From positions 1 through 64,000 of the IMG/VR virus record IMGVR_UViG_3300031419_000010: a DNA stretch of 64,000 bases. One strand, given 5' to 3'. Position numbers and translations under genes: made by a program. Under the pieces are notes generated by a model, which was not told the DNA's origin, did no database searches, and worked only from the letters and a program-made list of their open reading frames with translations. This document shows positions 1-9,588 of the stretch, in pieces. Positions within the stretch are counted from its first letter, which is position 1. Every line of letters begins with the position of its first letter. Origin of the DNA: a virus.

Positions 1-498
1 GAAACAACCTCCAGCAATTCTTCTTTTGATAGTTCGTCTAAATCCCTTGCAGTTGTTCCATCGCGAAACGTACACGCAAATTCTTCACCAGCCGGATCGT
101 TATCGCCTACGCAAACAAAACGTAAACCAAGTAATCTCAATTGCTGATAAAGTTGTGCGTTCACTTTACTGCCGAGAACCGACCACGCATTTAAACCAAC
201 GTTGTGCAATGCTGCCGCTTTGAAAACGGACTCAGTTAAAAATACGGTCTGTCCGTTTAGGTATAATTTCCGTTCCCCACACCAACTGTTTGCCACCGAA
301 TGCCCGTGTGAAATAGCGACACTCTTTTGGATTGGGATGTTTCTTTGGCGCGTCCGGAGTGTAAACCTGCACACCGCGTAACGCACGATCAAAACTAAAC
401 AGCGGTACTGTCAGGCTCGTCGGAGAAAGCCACATGAAATGCTTCTCTTGTCGCAAGCCTCTGTTGTTCAGATGCTCTAAGAGCGTTGTTTCTTGCAT
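1..498 (-). pseudogene. TOPRIM-domain primase-like gene split by a +1 frameshift near 245-270 (3' end runs off the window)
   Basis: ORF 232..498 resembles a small phage primase N-part (LTVPLF..GVQVY..RYFT..VWG). The +1 frame continues NGQTVFLTESVFKAAALHNVGLNAWSVLGS...VCVGDNDPAG...RDLDEL, i.e. the TOPRIM E and DxD motifs, without a stop to base 1. Confidence 0.7.
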
Positions 499-715
499 AG
501 TATGTTCCTTCTGAAAATTCAGAAAATTGAGACAGGAACACAGACTCTGCGATCACCCAAGTTTCAAACGCTGGATAATCTTTTGTAGGCACGACGTTTT
601 CATATACGATCATTGCCTGCGAACAGTCCTGTCCATGCCTTGCAATTTCCTTTACGCGAAATGGTAATCCGGTTGGAGATTGATAGTAATGGTTTACGCT
701 AATGTCGCTAATCAT
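395..715 (-). CDS. DUF1653-like SH3-fold phage protein
   Basis: YYQSPTG.PFRVKEIARH.QD...MIVYE...WV pattern. Confidence 0.55.
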   Translation of the reverse strand: MISDISVNHYYQSPTGLPFRVKEIARHGQDCSQAMIVYENVVPTKDYPAFETWVIAESVFLSQFSEFSEGTYYARNNALRASEQQRLATREAFHVAFSDEPDSTAV

Positions 716-729
716 AAATGACCGCCTGT

Positions 730-754
730 AGAAAGGGCGACCTGCGCCGCCCTT
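730..754 (-). terminator. intrinsic terminator
   Basis: AAGGGCG-N8-CGCCCTT followed by TCT on the minus strand, after the 760 stop. Confidence 0.5.
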
Positions 755-759
755 GTGAT

Positions 760-1398
760 TTAAATATCCGCATCAACGCCGTTGTGTCGCGGCTTGTACG
801 AACCTTTGTCTACCTTTTTCTTTTCCCGTTTTTCAGGAATGCTTTTGCTTGTGCTAGGCACAGAAAAGTGTGGCGGCTCCACAAACCAGCGGCAAATATT
901 TCCACCGTTATCTTCACAACGAAAGCGAAGGTCAGCGATTTTACGCGAACGAATCAACGAGCGAAGTTCAGATCCAAGTTTGTTTGTTGGTGCCGACAAT
1001 AACTGTCGATCTAAATCAAACACTGAAAAGAAATTGCTTCCTGCTTTCACGATAGAAAACATTCCACGGTCAACCATTGTGACACGTTTCATGTGAAGCA
1101 ACTTAACAGCCCATTCCATGCCGTGCCGATGAATAGCACACGCAACATAAATAGGCGGCAAATGAGCGATGTATCCGATCTCAATTGCGTTCAGGTTACT
1201 AAAACCAAAGCGGCCTACCTGAGTCCAGCAGAACGTGAAAAAGTTCACGCTTTCGGAATCAAGTTTCGTATCCAGATTTGAAAGCATACGAGTTTTGCCG
1301 TGCGAAAGAATCTCTTCGATATATTCTTCCGAGGGTTTTGCATAGCTCGACAAGTCCATTCCAGAGAGTAGTTTAAGAATTTGCTTTTTATCAAACAT
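760..1398 (-). CDS. hypothetical protein (basic C-tail)
   Basis: 212-aa ORF in the co-directional gene array. Confidence 0.75.
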   Translation of the reverse strand: MFDKKQILKLLSGMDLSSYAKPSEEYIEEILSHGKTRMLSNLDTKLDSESVNFFTFCWTQVGRFGFSNLNAIEIGYIAHLPPIYVACAIHRHGMEWAVKLLHMKRVTMVDRGMFSIVKAGSNFFSVFDLDRQLLSAPTNKLGSELRSLIRSRKIADLRFRCEDNGGNICRWFVEPPHFSVPSTSKSIPEKREKKKVDKGSYKPRHNGVDADI

Positions 1399-1403
1399 TG
1401 TAA

Positions 1404-1718
1404 TTATTCCACCACCGCAACAAATTGGTTGCGATGAAAAGAGACTGATTTTAATCCTAGCGTAAGCAACTTAATGTTGTTTCCGTACGCAGGAACCAAA
1501 AACCGGAAAGGACAAAAATATTGAACTTGATAAATACCTTCCGACGACTGCGCGAAAAAGCGTTCGTTCTTTTGGAGTGCTTCGATAACATTCGCAGCAT
1601 TAGCACGAAAGCCAATGGTTACGAAACCAAGTTCGGTATCCCAAGAAACAGATTCAATCAACTCCTGTTCAGTTTCAGATTCGTTTCCAAATGCTATAAA
1701 TTCCAAGTTTCGGATCAT
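1404..1718 (-). CDS. hypothetical protein
   Basis: 104-aa ORF, GAGG RBS. Confidence 0.7.
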   Translation of the reverse strand: MIRNLEFIAFGNESETEQELIESVSWDTELGFVTIGFRANAANVIEALQKNERFFAQSSEGIYQVQYFCPFRFLVPAYGNNIKLLTLGLKSVSFHRNQFVAVVE

Positions 1719-1727
1719 AACATTTCC

Positions 1728-2315
1728 TCAGTTGTGAGAACCGCGAACAAAGCCAGTGTTGTAGTTTTCAGGAAGGTACGCCAGAATATTGATACCGTGT
1801 TTTTCGCACACTGCATCTAAAACTGTTTGTACTGCTTCCCACTCAACACCGCCCAAGCCTCCATAGAAACGTTGAACAGCAATCTGTCGATCCGGATTGA
1901 TATTCCTTTTTCGGAGTTCTTCAATCAGTGCATCGAACGAGCTACTCAAAAACTTTTCACTAAAACGGTTAACTGGATTCTGGCCCCGATTTGAACCAGA
2001 GCGACCTAGACCGTAGCCGGATGAGATAAACATGTTAGCAATTATGCCGTGACCTTTTCCTTGAAAATGAACGTCGGTCAAATGCACAGTGCCTAACAGT
2101 GATCGATCCTGCTTGCTGAGAATTTTGTCCTCCTTCAATTTTGGAAAGATAGATTTGAGTCGCGTCTGGAGAGGACTACTGTAAGATCCTCTCGCGTTGC
2201 ACTCAACAGCTAAAATTCGAAATTGCTTTTTGGTAAAATCTCCAAGCAGCGATTTGCCGTGTACTGGTATTACACGAAAGTCTTTTGGCGTGTACCCAAT
2301 AGATGAAAGATCCAT
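1728..2315 (-). CDS. macrodomain protein (Poa1p/DarG-like ADP-ribose-processing fold)
   Basis: VHGKSLL..AVECNARG..IIANMFIS..IAVQRFYGGLGGVEWEAV matches the macro GxGGxxW motif. Confidence 0.65.
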   Translation of the reverse strand: MDLSSIGYTPKDFRVIPVHGKSLLGDFTKKQFRILAVECNARGSYSSPLQTRLKSIFPKLKEDKILSKQDRSLLGTVHLTDVHFQGKGHGIIANMFISSGYGLGRSGSNRGQNPVNRFSEKFLSSSFDALIEELRKRNINPDRQIAVQRFYGGLGGVEWEAVQTVLDAVCEKHGINILAYLPENYNTGFVRGSHN

Positions 2316-2330
2316 GTTTCAATTCCTGAT

Positions 2331-3365
2331 TTAGAATTCAAAAAGTTTCTTGAAGTTGAGACGCTTTTTAATGTCCTTGATTGCCTTTACGTCCGGCTCA
2401 CCAATTTGGAAAGCAGAGAGATTCTTAGGCAGTGTTGGAACATTGCGATCTATCGTTACAAGTTCTTTTTGAAGATCCATGTCCATCCACGGAATAGCGC
2501 CAACCAATGCTTTTTTCCATTTTGCATTTGATTTTATTGTTGGTGCCATCTTGATCAGGTTGTCGAGACTTCCATACTCGTTTAAAAGTTTTAATGCGGT
2601 TCCATCGCGAACACCCGGCAGGCCGGGAACGTTGTCACTGGTATCACCACACATCGCAAGATAATCAACAATACGATTGTGAGGAACACCAAAATGATCG
2701 GGAACATTCTTTTTAACGAAACGCTTTTCAACTGCGTTTGACTGCGCCGCCATAATCAACTGTGTGCGAGGATTGTCTACTAGCTGCAAGCAGTCTTTAT
2801 CACGCGTGTAAATATCCACGTAACAAGTTTTGCTGAACCGCGTTGAAAGTGTTCCGAGAATGTCATCGGCTTCGTACGGAGATTTGAAACGCGCCCAAAT
2901 GCCATACGCTTGCAGAATTTCTTGAGCCAGTGCCATCTGCACAGGAAGATCCGGCGTCTTTGTTCTGTCTCTGTTTCCTTTATAGTTTTCACTTTTGGGA
3001 AACACATCAGAAACAGCAGCGGGATTTTCTTTCGCCCATTGCACCATAGCGCGATGCCGCCACGTTCCTTTTGAACGTCCGTCAAAACACATCGCCATGT
3101 AAGCGCCTTTAGGATCTTTTCGAAGTTGCTGCACCATCGCCTCAACCATATTCAAAAAGATATAAACGCCGCCTGTTGGTGTACCGTCTGGCGCGGTTAA
3201 ACGCTTCGGGTTATTCTGCGCAACAAAATAAGCACGACACATCCAGTTGCTTGCGTCGAACGCATGTAAAGTCGGAAGTTTGCGAAACGCTACTTTGGGC
3301 GTTAACGCATTTATTTTTGGAACCGAAACATTGTCATCTGAAACGGAGTTAAAAGATCTACTCAC
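2331..3365 (-). CDS. 5'-3' exonuclease / flap endonuclease (PolI N-terminal, T4 RNase H-like)
   Basis: DASN..RAYF, FDG, YKGNR, YEADD, RDKD.LQL, GDTSDNVPG motifs. Confidence 0.92.
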   Translation of the reverse strand: MSRSFNSVSDDNVSVPKINALTPKVAFRKLPTLHAFDASNWMCRAYFVAQNNPKRLTAPDGTPTGGVYIFLNMVEAMVQQLRKDPKGAYMAMCFDGRSKGTWRHRAMVQWAKENPAAVSDVFPKSENYKGNRDRTKTPDLPVQMALAQEILQAYGIWARFKSPYEADDILGTLSTRFSKTCYVDIYTRDKDCLQLVDNPRTQLIMAAQSNAVEKRFVKKNVPDHFGVPHNRIVDYLAMCGDTSDNVPGLPGVRDGTALKLLNEYGSLDNLIKMAPTIKSNAKWKKALVGAIPWMDMDLQKELVTIDRNVPTLPKNLSAFQIGEPDVKAIKDIKKRLNFKKLFEF

Positions 3366-3823
3366 TGTTCCTCCAAAACTACAACTGACTCCTTTATTCG
3401 CAATCTATCTTTTAATGCTTCGTGAAAGTTTAAACCGCCAACATACAAATCAACAACAGTTCCCTGCGACTGACTTATCTCATGCAAACAGCTTGCGCCA
3501 CGAAAGAACAACGGCGATAAAGGAACGGATGATTTCTTCCGGACGAATAAATGAAACACGCGTCCAGTAAAATAAAGATCGTTTGAGTATTCTAACGATA
3601 GATTGATCAGTCGAAAGTTTTTCCGGAAAAGCATAGGGAGAAGTTTGGCGTAGCGTGTGCTGTGGCTTCCAACCGTCACGATCTGACAGGAAGGCGGCGC
3701 AACAGAAAGAAGCAACTTTAACATTCCCTTTTTATCGAGATCTACCAAAGCGCTGTCGAAAGGCGGTACACTTTTCGGCAGACTGTAATAAAGTCGATGC
3801 CTTACACTATCGGAATTCGTCAT
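3362..3823 (-). CDS. hypothetical protein
   Basis: ATG at 3823 with GGAGGA RBS; stop overlaps next start. Confidence 0.7.
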   Translation of the reverse strand: MTNSDSVRHRLYYSLPKSVPPFDSALVDLDKKGMLKLLLSVAPPSCQIVTVGSHSTRYAKLLPMLFRKNFRLINLSLEYSNDLYFTGRVFHLFVRKKSSVPLSPLFFRGASCLHEISQSQGTVVDLYVGGLNFHEALKDRLRIKESVVVLEEQ

Positions 3824-3832
3824 GATTCCTCC

Positions 3833-3857
3833 AAAAGAAACGGGGCGCACGGCCCCG
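3833..3857 (-). terminator. intrinsic terminator
   Basis: CGGGGC-CGTGC-GCCCCG followed by TTTCTTTT. Confidence 0.75.
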
Positions 3858-3864
3858 AATCTAT

Positions 3865-4239
3865 TTACTCAAAATCGTCTTCGTCGAGTTCTTCTTCCTC
3901 TTCATCCTCGTCTTCAACATCACCGAGAGAAGCAGAAACAACAACCAGATCACCGACAACGATCACGCTGGAGATAATCAAACATTCCACAAGTGGGAAG
4001 TTGTATTTCTCAAGCAGAGTAATTGCGTCGGCGTAGACCATATCAACTTCTTCGCCGTTCTTCGCATCTTTCGGAGTCATACCCGTATCAGATTCTGCTT
4101 CGAATTTTTCGTTCAGAATCTTTTCAGCTTGTGCCGCGCCGTCAACCAGAATTTCGCTTTCTTCATCTTCCGGAATAACTACGAACACAAAGCCTTTTGA
4201 TTTCGCTGCAAGTACGCGATGCGGAAACAAATCACTCAT
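3865..4239 (-). CDS. small acidic hypothetical protein
   Basis: 124 aa, D/E C-tail. Confidence 0.75.
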   Translation of the reverse strand: MSDLFPHRVLAAKSKGFVFVVIPEDEESEILVDGAAQAEKILNEKFEAESDTGMTPKDAKNGEEVDMVYADAITLLEKYNFPLVECLIISSVIVVGDLVVVSASLGDVEDEDEEEEELDEDDFE

Positions 4240-4241
4240 TT

Positions 4242-4547
4242 TTAATCCCCGTTATAAACAACTTTGTTTGCGGAAAGATTTTCCACGTCTACACTCTTAC
4301 CATTTACAGTATTTTGAATACTCTGAATGATATTGAAAGCCCACAAGATCACATCAACAGGCGCTGAGAAATCATTTACGATTTCGAGTTTGGAACGTGA
4401 TTCGATTTCACCATAAACAAGAGCCAGTGTAACGTCTTCACGTTCCGGGCCAACAGTAACTGCCAGCCCGTAGTTTTTGAAAACCGCGTGTTGAAAGCAA
4501 ATGTGAGTTTGAGTTCCGAGACATTTAACATCGAAACGAAAACGCAT
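4242..4547 (-). CDS. hypothetical protein
   Basis: Start trimmed to the ATG (MRFRFD) right after the portal stop; the longer ORF overlaps portal. Confidence 0.65.
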   Translation of the reverse strand: MRFRFDVKCLGTQTHICFQHAVFKNYGLAVTVGPEREDVTLALVYGEIESRSKLEIVNDFSAPVDVILWAFNIIQSIQNTVNGKSVDVENLSANKVVYNGD

Positions 4548-4548
4548 A

Positions 4549-6471
4549 TTACGCCAACCCTCCACGACGCATAGCTCGCATTTCATAAGGCGTAGGATTG
4601 CGAGAAACTGCGCCAGTATCCAGTGGCATAGTTTTGTTTTTCTCGTAATTCTGAACCGCTTTATAAATTGCATCGTTAGCTTTTGAGTTGGCTTTGGCCT
4701 GACGGAAAACGTGTTTCTTTTTCCCGGTTTTGCCGATCTCAAAGATTTCAGACTGCTCACCAAAATCGCGGTTGAGTAATCCCGGACGACGCATCGGGCC
4801 AAGCACGGCGCTTTGACTTCCCATTACGTTTGGCGCACTGCGGCGTTTTCTTCCTGACGAAACAGAAGAGAAACTATCACCGCCGCCTGCATCATCGGCT
4901 AACGAATATTGCTTGTCGATTTCTTGCTGGCGCTTTTTGTATGAAAGAAGTTTGTGACGCAATGCTAAGTCTTCATCCTGATCCATCAACAACTGATCAA
5001 AGTTGAAACCACCAGCAGCCGCAATACTACGCAACGGAACCGGAACACCAAGTTCAGTCATAGCACGTAAGTTTTCCATCATTGCGCTGTCAATGTCCGG
5101 ACGCAACTGCTTAGACCAATGCACGTTAGGAACAAACAGCTTACTGCCATCGTTCAAGCGGTACATGATTTCGTGCAGGCTTCCATCCATCAGGCCCGAC
5201 TTTTTCATAATCTTGCCGTTCTTACCAACAGCGAAACCGTTCATCAAACTGATAAGCGGGAAAACTTTTTCGTAATAAACTTTACGCGTTACGTGATCGC
5301 GATAGGCGCGAAGTGATTCGATGAAAACAGTTAAGCCAGTTGCCGCACTGTCATAGTTCGCTTCACCACTCAACAGAGCTTCGGAGATTCCCAGCGTACG
5401 CATTTTGAATGGCGCTGTCTGATCCCAAATGTCTGTGATCTTCCAGAAGTCGCCGCCCTGACGAAACTCACTAATGTTTACGCCGAGACGCGTTGTGATA
5501 ATACTACCGATTGGATCGCTGTCAGCGTTTAACAGCAGGTCGGTAATAAAATCCATTTCTTCCTGCGACGGTTCCCACTGATCGCCATCGCCTAACTGAG
5601 CGTGAAGAATACCGCGCTGGCGGCGTCCACTTTCAATCAGAGTTCCACGATAAAGGTTTTTCTCAATCAACCAAATCGGAAGCATTCGACGGAATGCACT
5701 GACGCCTTCGCCAAACGTGAACGACTTACGCGGAATATAAATTGTGCCAACCGGATCAAGTTCAACCTGATTTTCGTTCAGCATTTTATCAATGAATCCA
5801 GCGCCAAGTTCTTTGCGTAAAGCATCAACGCGACGGCTGTCTTTTGAGAATGCGCGTTTAACTTCCTGCGGCACTTTCAATTCAAAGATAGGGTCTTGCG
5901 ACATAAGCGGGAACGGCGTTGCTTCGATGTTATCGTAGCGGTGCGTCATCATGTCGATAAACTTTTTGCGCTCTTTGTTGTACAGCATACTGCCGCAAAA
6001 CGCGCCCGTTACCATCAGGTCGGTTGTAATGTTCGGCATACTGCTCGAAAGATTTAAGCGCTCGTTCACTTCATAGTAAAGATCCAGAACACTATCTTTG
6101 GCACCGCTGAAACTTACATCCGAGAAAGGCAACGTACTGAACAAATCAACGTAGCTTCCACCAATGGGATCAAAGAAATACATATCGCGGTACACATTAA
6201 AAAGCTGTCGATCATCAGCTTCGTAATCCATACCCTCCAGCATTGGCGACAAGTCAATATCAAGCGGAACACTACCCACTTGCATACTACCGCCACTTGT
6301 TCCACCGCCGCTAGACGTTGAGAGAACTTTGCTGGACTTTGAAACGGACTGAACTTTTTCAACACGTTCCTGCGATTTCGATCCTAATGGGCGTAGAGAT
6401 TTTTTCTCGCCGGAAGTAGTGCCTTTTGATAGCAAAGGCGCTTTCACTTCGCGGCCAATTTTGATTCCCAT
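4549..6471 (-). CDS. putative portal protein
   Basis: 640 aa, two genes downstream of TerL; helical architecture, RQRGILHAQLG and PSQEEM segments typical of large-phage portals. Confidence 0.7.
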   Translation of the reverse strand: MGIKIGREVKAPLLSKGTTSGEKKSLRPLGSKSQERVEKVQSVSKSSKVLSTSSGGGTSGGSMQVGSVPLDIDLSPMLEGMDYEADDRQLFNVYRDMYFFDPIGGSYVDLFSTLPFSDVSFSGAKDSVLDLYYEVNERLNLSSSMPNITTDLMVTGAFCGSMLYNKERKKFIDMMTHRYDNIEATPFPLMSQDPIFELKVPQEVKRAFSKDSRRVDALRKELGAGFIDKMLNENQVELDPVGTIYIPRKSFTFGEGVSAFRRMLPIWLIEKNLYRGTLIESGRRQRGILHAQLGDGDQWEPSQEEMDFITDLLLNADSDPIGSIITTRLGVNISEFRQGGDFWKITDIWDQTAPFKMRTLGISEALLSGEANYDSAATGLTVFIESLRAYRDHVTRKVYYEKVFPLISLMNGFAVGKNGKIMKKSGLMDGSLHEIMYRLNDGSKLFVPNVHWSKQLRPDIDSAMMENLRAMTELGVPVPLRSIAAAGGFNFDQLLMDQDEDLALRHKLLSYKKRQQEIDKQYSLADDAGGGDSFSSVSSGRKRRSAPNVMGSQSAVLGPMRRPGLLNRDFGEQSEIFEIGKTGKKKHVFRQAKANSKANDAIYKAVQNYEKNKTMPLDTGAVSRNPTPYEMRAMRRGGLA

Positions 6472-6481
6472 AACTACCCCG

Positions 6482-6700
6482 TTATTCTGGAAGTGCCATA
6501 CTCACTCTGCAATTTGTGCAGAAGCGCACAGACTCACCACTTAAAAGTTTTGACTCAACTGTTGCGCTGTCACATTTAGGACACACAGAAGGATCGGTGA
6601 TACTGAAAGCTGAAACAGATTTCACCTCTTGATCCTTTACAGATGAAGTAGACAAAACTTTTTCACTGCGTAGAGGATTAAAGAAACGTTCGTTGCTCAT
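6482..6700 (-). CDS. small zinc-ribbon protein
   Basis: CPKC...FCTNC; AGGAG RBS. Confidence 0.7.
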   Translation of the reverse strand: MSNERFFNPLRSEKVLSTSSVKDQEVKSVSAFSITDPSVCPKCDSATVESKLLSGESVRFCTNCRVSMALPE

Positions 6701-6765
6701 TTGAAACTTCTCCTTTTAGAATAGGACTGCGGGAGAAATTCCCCCGCCTTGTAATATAAATTACT

Positions 6766-9588
6766 TTATTTTTGCCCTATCCTTCTAGTCCTGACGCTAC
6801 CAATAGCGGAACCAGTTGAGGATAACATTGTTGACGCTGCACTGCCTGTATTGCGTCGGCCTTTCGTCATACCTAATCTGTTCGGATCGCGGTTGTGAAC
6901 TACCTCTTCACGTACCTTCAATTCCTCTTCATACTCGCCCGATTCGAAACCGTAGACCATAAGCGCCATAGCTCGCCAGCTATCATCCGTTGCGCCCATG
7001 TTTTTAATTACTGCACGTCCGGTATCTTGAACCGTTTGAATCTGCATGATCAAGTGTTCAGTTGGCTTGTTCTCAAAGCAGTACGGATAGTTTTCACCAT
7101 CGTACATCAACGTGTCACCAATTTTCTCTGCGTGTTGCATACGAGGTAAACTAATGCGAGGCACTTCACTTTCCAGCATTGTTTTGACTGTCCACAAGTC
7201 TTGATATTTCAGACTGTATTTATCAGCCATTTCGATGCCGCCTTTAAGTTTGGCGTCCTGCAAAAGTTTGATACTGTTCCATTGGTCAGCCAGCAAAACT
7301 TTTACGTTTCGTTTCTGACAAAGCGGAATCAATATCTCATCGAAAATCAGTGTGTAGTTTAACGGAATGCCCGGTAACGGAATAATCTCAGCAATACAAT
7401 CGACGCTGATAACACCTGCACTGTTTCGACTCCCAACCACCATCGCAAAGCTGTTGTTACTAAAGCCTGCGTCGATTGCCATAATGCTAGGCGTGGTTGT
7501 TGATGCCGCTTTGATTAATGTTCCGTAACGCTGGCGTGAACCATCTTTGTGACGAATAACTTTGTGAGCATAGACGCACATATTGCGGCCTTTCTCACGA
7601 ATCGCTTTCGAAACAAAAACAGGCTGCGTGATAAATGGATTTGCAGATAGTGGCGCTTCTGCTCCGTAGTCTCGCGCTGCGCCAACTGGATCACGTCGAA
7701 ACGCTTCTTCCAAAAAGGCACTGTTGCGTGGCATTGTTGGGTTCATCTTCCATGTTGGTGCGTGAACACCTAACAGCTTTGTACTGCCAACACTACTGCG
7801 CATCAGTTCGTTGATTTTGTCACGCGCATGAACAGGACTACTCACGTTAAACATGTATCCCGTAAATGCGCGATCATATCCTGCGGCGATCAATTTATTC
7901 TCCGCTGCACGAACAGTTGCAAGACTTCGGTCAAGTGCGCCGTAAACCATTCCCGCACTGACTTTTACTTTCTTGCTGTCGGCGTCGTTATCAAAGTATG
8001 CAATCTCATCGAGTGCTCCAAAGATACGTGTACGACCACGCAAGATACGACCATCCGGCCCGGCAGGATAAACGATCAAGTTACGGTGTCCGTATAACAC
8101 AAACGTGTCACGGATTTTCATCACTTCGATGCCGTACTTTCTTTCTTGCCTTCGGATCACTTCATGATATTTCTGAAACCACGGACTATCAGAAATCATG
8201 TTAAAGTACGGTGTCCATAAAGTATCTTTCGCTTGTGATTGCGTCAGTGCTACAAACGTTCCGTGAAGAATGGTTGTGTTACTGATTCCAAGAATACCGG
8301 TAGGAGACTGCGACTTTAAGATGATATGTGTGAGATACGTGGAACACATTGCAACAACGATACTCTTACCGCTGTTGTGGTTCAGAAGGCCACCAGCAAC
8401 AAACTGAGGCATACCTTCCATCACCAAATCATAAGTGACTTGATCTTCGAGATCTGTTATCGCATCAATCTTTAGGAACAGATTTTTTGCGATAGGTTCA
8501 GCATCCAGATCATATAAAACAGAAAACTCATCCCCATTATTTCGAACAACAGGGTAATAGCCAGCATTAAGCAAAATGCTCCAAGCCATTTGAGCTTTCG
8601 CTGAGGTAGACGTATAAACCAGTTTATCATTTTCAAGAGGAAGCGAATTACGTTTGAGAAATTCAAGTGCAGCATCGCGGGTTGAAAGGCCAGCTTCTTC
8701 TATCGTAACAGGAGAAGTAACTTTTTTGCCCCACACATTTGTTCCCAAACAAATCTGAACATAATCGTCGGTTGTGAGTTTCTTTACTTGCCTGAAACCT
8801 TTTTCAGTTCGCAATGGGTGATCCGGAGTCGCGTCAATGTGAATGCCATTGCTCAAAGTAACGCGCTTTGTTGTTCCGGTATCGCTCACGTAAAGTTGTT
8901 TTACGCGTTCCATCTTTGAACCGGTATTTGCTTTCATCTTTAAACGAGGCAGATGAAAACCCGGCGTGTCGTGTCCAATAAACATATGGCTGATAGGCAG
9001 TAAACCGCGCTCAGTAACTACCGGAGTGCTTGCGCCTACGCATCGCTGTCCTGCGTTAACAGCCAACTCATTATAGAAATTGATTTCCTTATTGTGCATC
9101 AACTCACTACGTGTTGCTTTGCACTTTGGACAAGCGCCATGCTCCAGTATTGTGAGATTCTTTTTGATGCCTGCTAATCCTTCCTGCGGCTCATGCGCTT
9201 CTGTTGGCACCCAATCCATGTTACTGCAACGAGGACAGATTTCACCAAACAAACGCAAGCCGATCAGTGCCTGCTCCAGATACGGCGTCTGCTTTAAGTA
9301 GTGCGCAGAAGTAACCCACTCCAAAAAGTTTTTCGCTTGAGGGCAAGCACTGTCATCAAATTTTAAATCGCGGGGAACAAGCGACTTGTCTTTCAAAGCC
9401 GTGTCCACCAGATCGACAATGTTTACTTCCCCTTCTTGCAGGAAAGAAACATCGCCAGTTTTCTTGTCTTCTACAAACGACAAATCCTCGCTTTCTTCTG
9501 GCCCATCAATTTCATCCAGAAAGTCGAAAGCTAATATGCGTTTCGGTTTCAATTGAACCGATGCGACTTTAGGTTTCTTTGAAGCCAT
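6766..9588 (-). CDS. terL: terminase large subunit (intein-containing)
   Basis: Walker A GQR|SGKS, restored by intein removal; RGR; Walker B GALDE; RNase H-like IDAGFSNN and DD; two N-terminal CxxC pairs. Confidence 0.9.
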   Translation of the reverse strand: MASKKPKVASVQLKPKRILAFDFLDEIDGPEESEDLSFVEDKKTGDVSFLQEGEVNIVDLVDTALKDKSLVPRDLKFDDSACPQAKNFLEWVTSAHYLKQTPYLEQALIGLRLFGEICPRCSNMDWVPTEAHEPQEGLAGIKKNLTILEHGACPKCKATRSELMHNKEINFYNELAVNAGQRCVGASTPVVTERGLLPISHMFIGHDTPGFHLPRLKMKANTGSKMERVKQLYVSDTGTTKRVTLSNGIHIDATPDHPLRTEKGFRQVKKLTTDDYVQICLGTNVWGKKVTSPVTIEEAGLSTRDAALEFLKRNSLPLENDKLVYTSTSAKAQMAWSILLNAGYYPVVRNNGDEFSVLYDLDAEPIAKNLFLKIDAITDLEDQVTYDLVMEGMPQFVAGGLLNHNSGKSIVVAMCSTYLTHIILKSQSPTGILGISNTTILHGTFVALTQSQAKDTLWTPYFNMISDSPWFQKYHEVIRRQERKYGIEVMKIRDTFVLYGHRNLIVYPAGPDGRILRGRTRIFGALDEIAYFDNDADSKKVKVSAGMVYGALDRSLATVRAAENKLIAAGYDRAFTGYMFNVSSPVHARDKINELMRSSVGSTKLLGVHAPTWKMNPTMPRNSAFLEEAFRRDPVGAARDYGAEAPLSANPFITQPVFVSKAIREKGRNMCVYAHKVIRHKDGSRQRYGTLIKAASTTTPSIMAIDAGFSNNSFAMVVGSRNSAGVISVDCIAEIIPLPGIPLNYTLIFDEILIPLCQKRNVKVLLADQWNSIKLLQDAKLKGGIEMADKYSLKYQDLWTVKTMLESEVPRISLPRMQHAEKIGDTLMYDGENYPYCFENKPTEHLIMQIQTVQDTGRAVIKNMGATDDSWRAMALMVYGFESGEYEEELKVREEVVHNRDPNRLGMTKGRRNTGSAASTMLSSTGSAIGSVRTRRIGQK
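8374..9042 (-). mobile_element. intein (223 aa) with eroded LAGLIDADG endonuclease remnant
   Basis: Starts CVGASTPV, block B ATPDHP, block F VTYDL, ends LLNHN followed by +1 Ser. Confidence 0.92.
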
